Positions 38,463-50,900 of a DNA stretch of 57,317 nucleotides are shown here, piece after piece. The stretch is from NCBI RefSeq assembly GCF_001194135.2, contig NC_068981.1:136430250-136487566 (forward strand), given 5' to 3'. The notes below the pieces were generated by a model, which saw nothing but the letters and a program-made list of their open reading frames with translations, did not search any database and was not told where the DNA came from. The position numbers and the translations under genes were made by a program. This DNA is from Octopus bimaculoides (lineage: Eukaryota). Positions within the stretch are counted from its first letter, which is position 1, and each line of letters starts with the position of its first letter.

Positions 38463-38600
38463 AACTGGCTTCTTTCAGTTTCCCTCTACCAAATCCACTC
38501 ACAAAGCTTTGGTCGGTCCAAGGCTTTAGTAGAAGACACTTACCCAAAGTGTCATGCAGTGGGACTGAACCCAGAACCATGTGGTTGGTAAGCAAACTAC
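37895..38600. mobile_element. family B (+) 37895-38110 and family A (-) 38190-38600 SINEs
   Basis: family motifs. Confidence 0.8.
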
Positions 38601-39140
38601 TTACCACATAACCACTCCTATATGAAATTTTGAATTTAGTTCACGGACTACCTTTGCAGGCCACTAGGGCTCCGCGGACCCCAGGTTGGGAACCACTGTT
38701 ATAGATTATTGTATAGACTAACCATAAAAGGAGGTTCAATATTGTAGGTGTTGCTATGTGATAAGAAGTTTGCTTCCCAACAATATGGTTCTAGGTTCAG
38801 TCCCACTACACGACACCTTGGGTAAGTGTATTCTGCTATAGCCTCAGGTTGACAAAATCCTTTTCAGTGGATTTGGTAGAAAGAAACTGAAAGGAAACCC
38901 AGCGTGTGTGTGTGTGTGTGTATCGTAGATGTTACACACACGCACACATTTGAAAAAACGAACAGAAATGATTTTTCTGATATTTTTCCACTGTAATGAT
39001 TAGATGTTTATAAGTTATTAGGTGTAAAACTTCTAACTTTTTAAGTGGCAAAATTATCAGAAAAGCCATTTCTATTCATTTTTTCTAATATATAATACTG
39101 CACCAAGGACTTTCTATTTCTTATTCTACTATATATATAT

Positions 39141-39199
<59 letters not shown>

Positions 39200-39596
39200 N
39201 NNNNNNNNNNNNNNNNNNNNNNNNNNNNNNNNNNNNNNNNNNNNNNNNNNNNNNNNNNNNNNNNNNNNNNNNNNNNNNNNNNNNNNNNNNNNNNNNNNNN
39301 NNNNNNNNNNNNNNNNNNNNNNNNNNNNNNNNNNNNNNNNNNNNNNNNNNNNNNNNNNNNNNNNNNNNNNNNNNNNNNNNNNNNNNNNNNNNNNNNNNNN
39401 NNNNNNNNNNNNNNNNNNNNNNNNNNNNNNNNNNNNNNNNNNNNNNNNNNNNNNNNNNNNNNNNNNNNNNNNNNNNNNNNNNNNNNNNNNNNNNNNNNNN
39501 NNNNNNNNNNNNNNNNNNNNNNNNNNNNNNNNNNNNNNNNNNNNNNNNNNNNNNNNNNNNNNNNNNNNNNNNNNNNNNNNNNNNNNNNNNNNNNNN

Positions 39597-40148
39597 GCTG
39601 GGCACAGGTGCCATCACAATTTTGCTTTCACTTGCCCCAATAAGTCTTCGCAAGCTGAGTTTCGTGTCCAATGAAGGAGACGACATTGGCATGGGTGCCA
39701 GTCGGCGAATTTAGTTCGGTTTTGATTTCACTTGCCTCAACAGGTCTTCGCAAGCGAGTTTGGTGTCCAAAGAAGGAAAGGTACGAATAAGTAGGCTAGC
39801 TACACCCCTGGCAGAGGCCTTGGATTGAGGTCTCACTTGGCTTGCCGGGTCTTCTCACACACAGCATATTTCCAAAAGTCTCGGTCAGAAGTCATCGCCT
39901 CGGTGAGGCCCAATGTTCGAAGGTCTTGCTTCACCACCTCAGCCCAGGTCTTCCTGGGCCTACCTCTTCAACGGGTTCCCACAACTGTTAAGGTGTAGCA
40001 CTTTTTCACACAGTTATCCTCGTCCATTCTCGCCACATGTCCATACCAGCGCAATCGTCTCTCTTGCACACCACAGCTGATGCTTCTTATGTTCAACTTT
40101 TCTCTCAAGATACTTACACTCTATCAGGTATGCACACTGACATTACTC
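39597..40148 (-). mobile_element. 5'-truncated RTE LINE: RT C-terminus (39833-40148) and 3'UTR
   Basis: REKLNIRSISCGVQERRLRWYGHVARMDEDNCVKKC...RGRPRKTWAEVVKQDLRTLGLTEAMTSDRDFWKYAVCEKTRQAK*; internal stops. Confidence 0.92.
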
Positions 40149-40169
40149 AGATAGATAGATATAGACTCT

Positions 40170-41131
40170 CTCAGACAGCACTTTCTAAACGACAGCAGCA
40201 AAAATAAATATATTAACTTAGTGTCATAAAGTGAAGAAAACAATATCCTACATGTTGGAAGTACTCTCTTCCATACAACCCCAAATCAACTGGATTAGAA
40301 TACTTCAAAGAAGATCAAAAGGTGAAAAACTCAACACACTAACAAAAAGACCATGCATAGGTATGTTTCTCATGGACTTGAAGAAGATAGTAATATTGGC
40401 ATGAAGCGAAGCCTCTCTTGAACTTGTCCCCACTACAACACACCACACGTTGATGACTATGCATTTGTAATCCAAGAACAGGAGATTGCTATGAAATACC
40501 TAATCAACAAAAGGGACAGTAAGGATCTTGGGAGTTCCGAGATGTAACTGTAAATGCAGATTATGTCATATTTCTGTGGAAGACATCACACATGTGATTA
40601 GCAGCTGCTCAAAAATGTCATCAAGGTAATACCTTCTTATGCAACATGACGTCGCAAGACCAATATGCAATGCCATTTAGAAGAATGACTATCCTAGAAT
40701 AAATATAGAGAATCCCCCTGTTATTGAATACGTACACAAATACCAGCATAAGGAATACAGGTGGGATATTCCCATCAAAACATCTGTCAAGTGTAAGCAT
40801 AACAGAGTTTGAAACAGACAAGAAAAAGTATGTACTGTCATAGAGGTCAGCTGACCTGTTGATGTGAATATCTCTTTGAAAATCAAAGAAGAAAGAAGGT
40901 AACTATGGACAACTGCTTTGAAACCTCTAGCTTCTATATCCGGATTACAAATTTACATTTATACCAATAATAATTGGAACACTTAGTTTTGTAAGTAAAT
41001 GTCTAACTGTCAGTCTGGATAAGCTTGGATTTTCAGAAAAGGAAATCAACCAATTGATTCGCACATTACAAATACAATCTGCAAGCAGAACAGTTAAACA
41101 ATGCAAGACTTTTCTCAGGTTTAAAATGTGA
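40170..41131 (+). pseudogene. RLE-type non-LTR retrotransposon C-terminus (R4/Dong- or NeSL-like), decayed
   Basis: CCHC knuckle CRLCHISVEDITHVISSC at 40555, then QHD, VIEVS.PVD, YKFTFIPIIIGTL, ending KTFLRFKM*. Confidence 0.85.
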
Positions 41132-41150
41132 CATGGTTTTCATTATTTAC

Positions 41151-41430
41151 GTAGGAGTGGCTGTGTGGTAAGTAGCTTGCTTACCAACCACATGGTTCCG
41201 GGTTCAGTCCCACTGCGTGGCACCTTGGGCANNNNNNNNNNNNNNNNNNNNNNNNNNNNNNNNNNNNNNNNNNNNNNNNNNNNNNNNNNNNNNNNNNNNN
41301 NNNNNNNNNNNNNNNNNNNNNNNNNNNNNNNNNNNNNNNNNNNNNNNNNNNNNNNNNNNNNNNNNNNNNNNNNNNNNNNNNNNNNNNNNNNNNNNNNNNN
41401 NNNNNNNNNNNNNNNNNNNNNNNNNNNGTA

Positions 41431-41479
<49 letters not shown>

Positions 41480-41700
41480 ATATGTTTGTGTGTCTGTATT
41501 TGTCACCCAACATCGCTTGACAACCGATGCTGGTGTGTTTACATCCCTGTAACTTAGCGGTTCGGCAAAAGAACCCGATAAAATAAGTACTAGGCTTACA
41601 AAGAATAAGTCCTGGGGTCGATTTGTTCAACTAAAAGGTGGTGCTCCAGCATGGCTACAGTCAAATGACTGAAACAGTTAAAAGAGTAAAGAGAAAAAGA
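41151..41700 (+). mobile_element. SINE family A spanning a gap
   Basis: ggagtggctgtgtggtaag head to gactgaaacag..aaagag tail. Confidence 0.85.
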
Positions 41701-42779
41701 GTTCCAATGATGGAGCTTTGTATCTTTGCTAGAAACCAGCTCTTTCTTCAGAGGAAGAATTTAAATGATTAAATACAGAAGGCACACACACATACATGTG
41801 TGTGTGTGTGTTTTTGTGTCTGTGTTTGTCCCCTGTTTTGTTTATGTTCCTATAACTTAGCAGCTCTGCGAATCAGACAAAGAGACTGATATAAGTACCA
41901 GACTTAATAAATAAGTACCAGTCTTGATCTTCAAAACAGTGGCTGCAGTCCAACGACTAAAACAAGTGACAGATAAAAGGTAATGTTTGAACATTGTCTG
42001 AAGAATATTCAATTAATAATTTTATTGCTGGTCATTCTAATTGTGACAATGAATTTTTAATTATTTCCATTTTTGTGTGTAACAACAACAAATTTTTAAA
42101 AATCAAGAATTTATAAGAAAGAAAACTTCATGAAGTTTTTCACTAAATTAAAAATGGAAGAATATTAAAACTATTGTCCTTCCCTGTGGCTGTTATTTAA
42201 AACTTTAACTATGTGTGGTCCTTTCTTTCTTTATTCTCCCTGAATTTCCAGTTATTATTCTAACTAATTTCACTCACTTTCCCTCTCTCTCTCTCTTTCT
42301 ATACTGTGTAGTTATAATTATCACAGTGGCGATATTATAATTAACACAGTTGTTATATTATAATTAACACAGTTGTTATATAATAATTAACATTGGGGGC
42401 CATGTTAACTACATTATAATTAATATGTTGCTGTTTAACCAGAGGTTGGTTCTGAATGAGCAATCATCTAATAGAAAGCTTTCCACTCAATTATCTTTTT
42501 CTGCTCTTCACTACATTATCTAATACGCTCATTTTTTTTTTTTACTAAGACTGTAGTGTGTAGTTTCAGGGAGATTTGGCTACTATTTTTCTCTGACCCC
42601 AGTGAATATGTGTAGGCTCCCTTTTTGACACATATAATCACCACTTTTGATGGTTGACTCTTTTTGTTATAAAGACAATAGATTTCTTAATTCATTTCTG
42701 TATGAAGAGCCACAACTATATTATTTTCCTCCTCCTTGTTGTCGTTGTCCTCTTCTTCGTCCTCCCCATCATCCTTGTT

Positions 42780-42905
42780 CCTCTCCTCTCCTCTTCATCC
42801 TCCTCCTCTTCATCCTCCTCCTCTTCATCCTCCTCCTCTTCATCTTCCTCCTCTTCATTCTCCTCCTCTTCCTCCTCCTCTTCATCCTCCTCCACCACCA
42901 CCTTG
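42780..42905. repeat. (TCC/TCA)-type trinucleotide low-complexity repeat
   Basis: direct inspection; explains the poly-E, poly-S and poly-P ORFs. Confidence 0.9.
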
Positions 42906-43729
42906 TCATCCTCCTCCTTTGCCACTCTCCACTCCCACAGCAACACCACTGACAATCAACTTAGAGCAGATGATACATTCCATTTCCCCCAGATTGGCCA
43001 ATCATCACAAGGAATCTAAATATGACGTTTATCTACAGCTGACTTAAATGACTCAAAATAAGCTCTGAGCTTCGGATTTAGTGACTTCGAAGCTAAAGAA
43101 AACGATTTTCACTTTTTGCTCTTCAAATCCAATTAACAGTCATACTGAAAATATAGCACAGAAGAAACATCCTCCATAATATAGTCAACTCCTCCCCACT
43201 TACTATCACGAGTGACTTTTCAGGCACTGCTCTAGATGTTGAATAAAGCCTTTTTGCATAGACCTCACCTTTATCATTACTGTTTAGGAAAGCCATCGTT
43301 GAATGCTACTACTTAAATATATCAGAAATTCTAAACAGATCCAAAGGAAGTAGTAATTTATTGTAAAACCCAGCCATGTCAACTCCATTGAATCCTTTAG
43401 TATTTAAACTGACCATGTCTGACCCAGATATTATACCTATTTTATGATCAAACTGGCTGGATCCTGCTTCTCACACCTACTCTACAACGTCATTTTGAAA
43501 ATGTATAGTCCCTTCATTGAAATCTCGAGGCTACAAGATAAGTGATTAGTTGAAAACAATGTGAATAAATAAACATTACATTTGACAGAGTAATGTGAAT
43601 GCTAATCGGTTAAGCTGAGACAGGCATAAGGAGAAAATGTAGCCAATGGCTTGGACATGACAACCATTATAGTAACTAGATATGTTACTGCTTTTACTAT
43701 AGGCTTGACTATGACATGCAGATCTTTTA

Positions 43730-44075
43730 TTTTACTAGTTTCTGTCATTGGACTGTGGCTATACTGAAAGCACAGCCTTGAAGGGCTGGTCAGTCCCTAT
43801 ACTTATTGTTAAAGTCTGGTTCTTATTCTATCATTCCGTTTTACAAAACCATATGAAGAGGTAAACAAACCATCACTGGTTGTCAAGTGGTTGGGGTGGG
43901 CAGAAAGACTCATGCCAGATGAGTTTCACACAGTTTCCATCATTCAAATTTACTCACAAGGCATTGATTGACCTGGGGCAGTAGTAGAAGACACTTGCTT
44001 GAGGTGTCATACAGTGGGACTGAACCCAAAACTATGTGATTGCAAAGCGAGCTTCTTAACCACTCAGCCATGCTG
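43730..44075 (-). mobile_element. SINE family A (donor of the segment found at 46343)
   Basis: family motifs with private variants gcattgattgacctggggcag. Confidence 0.8.
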
Positions 44076-44385
44076 GAGTCTAATGATTTTTTTTTTTTAA
44101 TTAACATGTATTTATATAACACTATTGTTTTTCTTTCAATTACAATTAACAAAAAGGCGGCAAGCTGGTAGAATTGTTACTGTGTCAAACCAAAATGCTT
44201 ATTGGCATTTCTACCGACTTTACATTCTAAGTTCGAATGCTTCCAGGGTCAACTTTGCCTTTCATCCTTTCAGGGTCCATAAATAAGTACCAGCTGAGCA
44301 CTGGGGTTAATATAACCACTGTTACTGCAGTATTTTTCCTGAGATAACATCTTTTATGGACTTGCTGTATTAAAAACACAATATA

Positions 44386-45048
44386 CAGGGTGCAATCAGT
44401 AAACTGTTGCCATTTTATATTTTTAATTTCGTGCATGCATATTGCTTGTTTTTGATTTTGTCAACTACACAGTATAGTAGGGTTGGCTGGGCACCATCTG
44501 TGACGAAAACAGCCCAAGAAATTACTGACCATTTTATTCTTTTATTTGGTTCAGTCATTTGATTTTGGCTATACCCTGCCTTGAACGATTTTAGTCGATC
44601 AAATCTTCCAGCAATCACCCTCTTGACCTGAGGCAGCAATACCTCCTCCAGGTACTTGATGTAGGCCTCTGTGTTGAGTGTGAGGCCGTGAGAGAAAATG
44701 AATGGAAGCATAATGTTGCTGTCACTAGTGATCACACCAAACTCCATGATGTTGACTGGATGTTTCATTTTTATTACTCTTGGTACATGTTTTAAGTACA
44801 CAGCAAGCCAACGGTCATTCTGTGTGTTCACCATTTGTTTGTATTGGAGATTCTAGCATGAATGCCAAGCAGTACAGCATGTCGTTTCCAAATTTCTGGC
44901 AGAGTGAATTGTGTCATGGTGCTGTTTTTATCACAGATGGTGCCCAGCTGACCTTACTATACTGTGTAGTTGACAAAATCAAAAACAAACAATATGCATG
45001 CACGAAATTAAAAATATAATATGGCAACAATTTACCGATTGCACCCTG
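44386..45048 (-). mobile_element. internally deleted Tc1/mariner-superfamily element with ~128-bp TIRs
   Basis: TA|CAGGGTG ... CACCCTG|TA; transposase remnant KHPVNIMEFGVITSD..FIFSHGLTLNTEAYIKYLEEVLLP; contains a SINE tail fragment. Confidence 0.9.
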
Positions 45049-46247
45049 TATATTGTGTTTTTAATACAGCAAGTCCATAAAAGATGTTATCTCAGGAAAA
45101 ATACTGCAGTAACTGGCCTTTGAATGGTGGTTATACATTATGATAGATAGATGGTTATTTGATATATATATATATATATGTGTATATATGTTGTTGTACT
45201 TGGGCATGGTCATATTGCCAGTTTAGCCAATACAGTTTCCCCAAGTACAACATCTGTTTCAACACACAATTTCACATCAAAAATCTTGCAAAACAAATAT
45301 GTGTATACACACACACACACACACATATATATATCTTAAATAACCATCTATATACATCGAATAGCCATCTGTCTAAAGACAGAAGGGATGAGAAGAGAGA
45401 GGGAAAAAAGAAATCGTAAATAATACACAGAAACATACAGAGTAATACACACACAATAGACATACATGCACTTACCTATGATACTTATGTGAAATAGAGA
45501 CAGCTGTATAAAAAGTAATAAATAAATATATAAATAAGTAAATAAAAAAATAAATAGATACATTTGTCACATACCTGTGATAACTATAAAACATAGAGAT
45601 AGATAAAATAAATAGATAAAACTATATAAAGGGCATGGATACATACAACATACGAAGTGAACCCATACACACACAAGAAATTTCATGGACAGCCATAACA
45701 ATGTCAACAACACAATTAACACTGACAGTGACAACGATGGCAACAACAACAACAACAACTTCCACGATGGCAACACTGTGGGCGAACACACATACACAGA
45801 AGAATACAGGAACTATCATATATGTTTTTTCAGGTCTCAGGACAGCAGCAGCACAATGGGGTGAGAGGATGGGGCTGAGGGGAAGGCCACACTGCTGCTA
45901 AAAACTATGACGCACACACAAGCATACACACACACACACTCACACACAAACACATGCCCACATAAGGATACACATCTTAATGGAGTAAGTGGAGCAAGAC
46001 CACACACAAAAACGAACAGTATCACTGAGGAGGTCACAGATGTGTGACGAAAGATTTCCGGACCATGGACATGAGTTAAAATAATAAAATAAGAACAGTA
46101 ATAAATGAGTGAAGAAAAAATATATAGTGCGTGTGTTTATTTGGTAAAAAAATCTTAATATATAAAATACCGCGTGTGTGTGTGTGTGTCGACAATGCAC
46201 GCTCAAACCTCTGGATCAATCTGTACCATACTTGGGGTGGAAAGAAT

Positions 46248-46822
46248 GGATCTATTTTAAAACGGGGGCCACATTTTTCATTAATGTTTTACGTAGTGTT
46301 TTTGGTACCGAAAGACTTTCAAACTTCGTATACTTATCTATTTTGATTGACCTGGGGCAGTAGTAGAAGACACTTTTTGTATTCGAATTTATTTCATGTA
46401 AAAAATTGTCTTATTTCGATAATTTCAACCAATCACTGACAAGTATTCAGTTGTTTATATTTATTCCTTTGGCTGATTAAGCGATGTAAAGCGTATTTAA
46501 TCTCCATACCTTCGTTTTATTTGCTTTTTTCATTTTAAATTTGCTTTAACCCTAACCCTAACCCTAGGGTTAGGGTTAGGGTTAATTGTTTCAGAATCGT
46601 TTGTTTATGTAGTCGGCACTTAATGTATATCGGCTGAATGGACGTCAGTGATTGGTTGAAATTACAGAAATACGACAACTTTAACATGGAAAAACTTATG
46701 GATTTCTTTTTTTTAAAGAAGACTAAGAGAAAAAGATGTTTTATATGACACATTCTACCAGTGTTCCAAGTTTCAAAGTGTTTCGTTAATGAAAAATGTG
46801 GCCCCCGTTTTAAAAAAGATCC
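46248..46822. mobile_element. Merlin-like MITE, copy 2
   Basis: same TIRs as 23076; perfect 8-bp TSD gaaagaat at 46240 and 46823. Confidence 0.9.
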
Positions 46823-47046
46823 GAAAGAATTTTACGGTCTTGATTTTTAAAATTTTTATTAAAAATGAATAATATTGCTCTATATATAAAGATTCACTTC
46901 TTCAAATCGTTTTCTCAAACTTCCTGTGTTTGGCATCCTAACCAGCTATTTACACAGACATGTATGTATACTTCATTACAGTTGTGACGATTTCTGATAA
47001 AAAGAATTTCTAAAGGTACTTTAATGTCAGAAAAAAAATATCAAAC

Positions 47047-47432
47047 GGAGATATCTTCATTCCATGGATCCTGTTAATCTCATATGACCCCACCCGCCTT
47101 TGAGTTTAAACGCTTCCAGTTCCCAGTGAAACTAAGTTTTGCTACATCAATAAACAAGTCCCAAGGATAGTCTCTCAAGATTGTTAGACTTCACTTTGCT
47201 TCTCTCATGGACAATTATATGTAGGATGTTCGTGAGTTGGAAGTCCCCAAAATCTTCTCATTTATACACCAATTAAAGGACACGCTCAAAACATCGTATA
47301 ATTAGCAGCTCTAGATAATTAAACTGTGATTGATTTCCGGATTTGTTTCAATACGTTTGCTTATACTCACGTCATCTGATAGAATTTTTGTTAAATGTAC
47401 TTATTAACAGGAGGGGAGTGCCTGCAAGCTAG
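47047..47432 (+). pseudogene. Helitron 3' remnant (Pif1-like helicase C-terminus and CTAG end)
   Basis: DIFIP..., FEFKRFQFPVKLSFATSINKSQG*SL, CFSHGQLYVGCS*V, NIVY; CTAG|T at 47429-47433 after a weak cagg..cctg stem; not in the ORF track. Confidence 0.85.
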
Positions 47433-48060
47433 TTCTTCTCAAATTTATGCATTTTCAGGTTCATCATGTTTCAAATAAGTACTAATACTTGAAGGTAATT
47501 GCAAAGACAAAGAACTACCTGCATTGCGTTTTGGGTTATCCCACCCAATTCCCAACAAATTTATAAATTAGAGGGCAAGTTGCCCTCTGGTGTGATGTGT
47601 TATTGAGGGTGTATGCATGCTGTCTGTCTCTTTCACATTGTGAACAAGGCAACACCACTAATACTGGTGCCGCAAAAAGTACCAAGTAACTCCACTTTGT
47701 GAGTGGTTAATAAATCGAGTGGAACAGGGCTTGAGAGGACTCTCTAGCCTCGCTAGTAGCAAAGTGACCAGTTAAAGATGATACCACAAAAAAGTACACC
47801 CTGTATACTCTGTAAAGTGGTTAGTGTTAGGAAGTATATCCAGCTGTAGAAACCATGTCAAAGCTGAGATATTGGAGCAAGACGTGCTTCTCTGACACGC
47901 TGGATCCTGTCAAACCATTCAATGTATGCCAGCAGGTAAAACGGTCGAAGAATGATGGCGGTTATCATAACTTTTTCTTCTATATTTGTTTAGTTACCTC
48001 CCCTTTACTATTTATGTTTGCAAACTAATTCTGTTTATTATAATTTCCTTTTTTTCCTTT

Positions 48061-48307
48061 GCGCCCTTTTAAAGCCTAGCCAGGCTCATGGGCCCGGTTT
48101 TCTGGTTTCAATGGCGTATGTGTTCCCTAGCTGGACGAGACGCCAATCCATCGCAGCGTTACTCATTTTTGCCAGCTGAAAGGACTGGAGCAACGTGAAA
48201 TGAAGTGTTTTGCTCAACAACACAACGCGTCGCCCGGCCCAGGAATCGAAACCACAATCTTACGATCATGATGCTGACACCCTAACCACTAAGCCACGCG
48301 CCTTCAC
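48061..48307 (-). mobile_element. tRNA-derived SINE with V-domain-like core
   Basis: minus strand gtggcttagtggttaggg...gattcctgg head; gctgcgatggattggcgtctcgtccagct core; second copy at 51284-51527. Confidence 0.75.
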
Positions 48308-49508
48308 TTATTATAATATATTAACGTTATATTAACATTTAGAAAGTACCAGATATTGCAATATGAAATGGATTCGAAAGAATAACAATACCCAATCATC
48401 AGTTACGCAGGTTAGCAAGGGATTCATTTGGATCTTAGGCAGAAGGGGTCTGATCGAAAAATATATTGCAATCACCATTCTATGAGAGACCCGAAGGCGA
48501 AATGTTTTTTCCCCACGAGAGTTCCGGACTCAGTTATAAACTCATTTGCATACAGCCAATCAGAGTTCAACTATCAAACTAATTTATGAGCGCATAACAA
48601 GCGATGGGCGATAAGATAAGGTTACTTGGGTAAGGAATGACCATGCTTCTTTTCTCTTTTAATAATGCTTCTTGATTTTGATCTTGTTTCAACCGTGGCT
48701 GCCTCTGCGTAGTTATTTGTGTTGTTGTTTACTTTGTAAAACAATAAAGAGAAAAGGTTGCTAGCACATCAACCTCTACTCACATTTTCCCCATCTACAT
48801 CTACAAAATCCGATAATAGGTATAGATGCAAATCTAATTACTTGTCTGCTGTTCTCGCAGTTATTGATGGCGCAAGTAAAGTGAAAAGACAGTTTTTACT
48901 GCATACAGGTTACTTTTACTCAAATTTATTTCTGCGCGACATAAAAAGAAAGACTGTCGACTTTAGATCTATGGGACATAATTCTTCCTGCTCAGTGTAA
49001 GGGGAGTAACTCTTAGTAGAACAACGTAACTGCAGTGAGAGAAAAATAGGTAAAAGAGAGAGACTAGGATTTCAGAGCAATTAGTTGATTGGATGAATCG
49101 TTTGTGTTGCGGCTCATTGAGTCGGTCGGAGTTCAAATCGCACGGTTGTCGTTTTATCCTTCTGGAGTCGATGAAATAAAAGGCCAATTATGGCTTGGTT
49201 GCTATTACCTCCACCTCTTTTTTCCTGTTTTCAATCACCTCTGATGGATCATACTGAAAAGTGAAGACAGTCTAAACATGACGATACCGTTTTTGCATTT
49301 GTCCCTGTATATTCTGGGAGTTACATGATCCAAGATATTTGATTGCTATTGCTTACATGTCCAACAGCTCTCGATTTAGAATTTCATACGTACGTACGTA
49401 CGCACGCATTCGCGCGCGCACGCGCACACACACATTGATAGCCGCAGTCAAATGACGGAAACACGTAAAAGGTGTGTGTTTAAGGGTATGCATATGTATA
49501 TATATGTA

Positions 49509-49588
<80 letters not shown>

Positions 49589-50294
49589 NNNNNNNNNNNN
49601 NNNNNNNNNNNNNNNNNNNNNNNNNNNNNNNNNNNNNNNNNNNNNNNNNNNNNNNNNNNNNNNNNNNNNNNNNNNNNNNNNNNNNNNNNNNNNNNNNNNN
49701 NNNNNNNNNNNNNNNNNNNNNNNNNNNNNNNNNNNNNNNNNNNNNNNNNNNNNNNNNNNNNNNNNNNNNNNNNNNNNNNNNNNNNNNNNNNNNNNNNNNN
49801 NNNNNNNNNNNNNNNNNNNNNNNNNNNNNNNNNNNNNNNNNNNNNNNNNNNNNNNNNNNNNNNNNNNNNNNNNNNNNNNNNNNNNNNNNNNNNNNNNNNN
49901 NNNNNNNNNNNNNNNNNNNNNNNNNNNNNNNNNNNNNNNNNNNNNNNNNNNNNNNNNNNNNNNNNNNNNNNNNNNNNNNNNNNNNNNNNNNNNNNNNNNN
50001 NNNNNNNNNNNNNNNNNNNNNNNNNNNNNNNNNNNNNNNNNNNNNNNNNNNNNNNNNNNNNNNNNNNNNNNNNNNNNNNNNNNNNNNNNNNNNNNNNNNN
50101 NNNNNNNNNNNNNNNNNNNNNNNNNNNNNNNNNNNNNNNNNNNNNNNNNNNNNNNNNNNNNNNNNNNNNNNNNNNNATTTTGTCTCTAATACATCGGTTA
50201 AGTGTTAAAACAATTGCTTTTACAGCTGGACAACCTTCTTGTAGCTGACCACACGTGTGAACTAAGAATAGGGTTGATTATATCAGGCAAACTT

Positions 50295-50900
50295 AACATA
50301 TTCTTTTCTACTCTAGGCACAAGATATGAAATTTTTTGGGAGGGGGCCAGTCGATTAGATCGACCTTAGTATGGAACTGGTACTTAATTTATTGACTCCA
50401 AAAGGATGAAAGGTAAAGTCAACCTCGGCGGAATTTGAGCTCCAAATGTAAAAACAGACGAAATACTGTTAAGCATTTCGCCTGGCTTGCTAACGTTTCT
50501 GTATGCTGAATATATTGACTGGAGTAGTGAAACTTGAACTCATAACCATGCAATCAGCAGTCCAGTACATTTACCTCAAAGCTATTTTGAAAATGATATA
50601 AAATATACACCTTTATTTAAACTTTTATATAAAGCAAAGAATCAGTTGCTAGGATATTATCATAATGATCATCATTATCATCATCATTTAATGTCCATTG
50701 TCCATGCTGGCATGGGTTGGACACTTTGATCAGAGCTGGCAAGCCGAGGAGCTGCACTAGACTCCAGTCTGATTAGGCATGCTTTCTATGGCTGGATACC
50801 CTTCCTAACACCAACCATTTTACAGAGTGTGCTGGGTGCTTTTATATGGCACTACATGGGCGTTTTTATGTGGCACTGCACAGCTGCTTTTACATGGCAC
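50295..50900 (-). mobile_element. family B SINE (50295-50500) and RTE-type tail (50670-50900)
   Basis: family motifs. Confidence 0.75.

Noticed and set aside
42647-43047. Poly-Glu, poly-Ser and poly-Pro ORFs
   Set aside because: Trinucleotide repeat open in several frames, with no supporting splice sites.
3011-50248. Long ORFs rich in X, YI, LS, ER or CV repeats
   Set aside because: They are N-gaps and microsatellites, not coding sequence.
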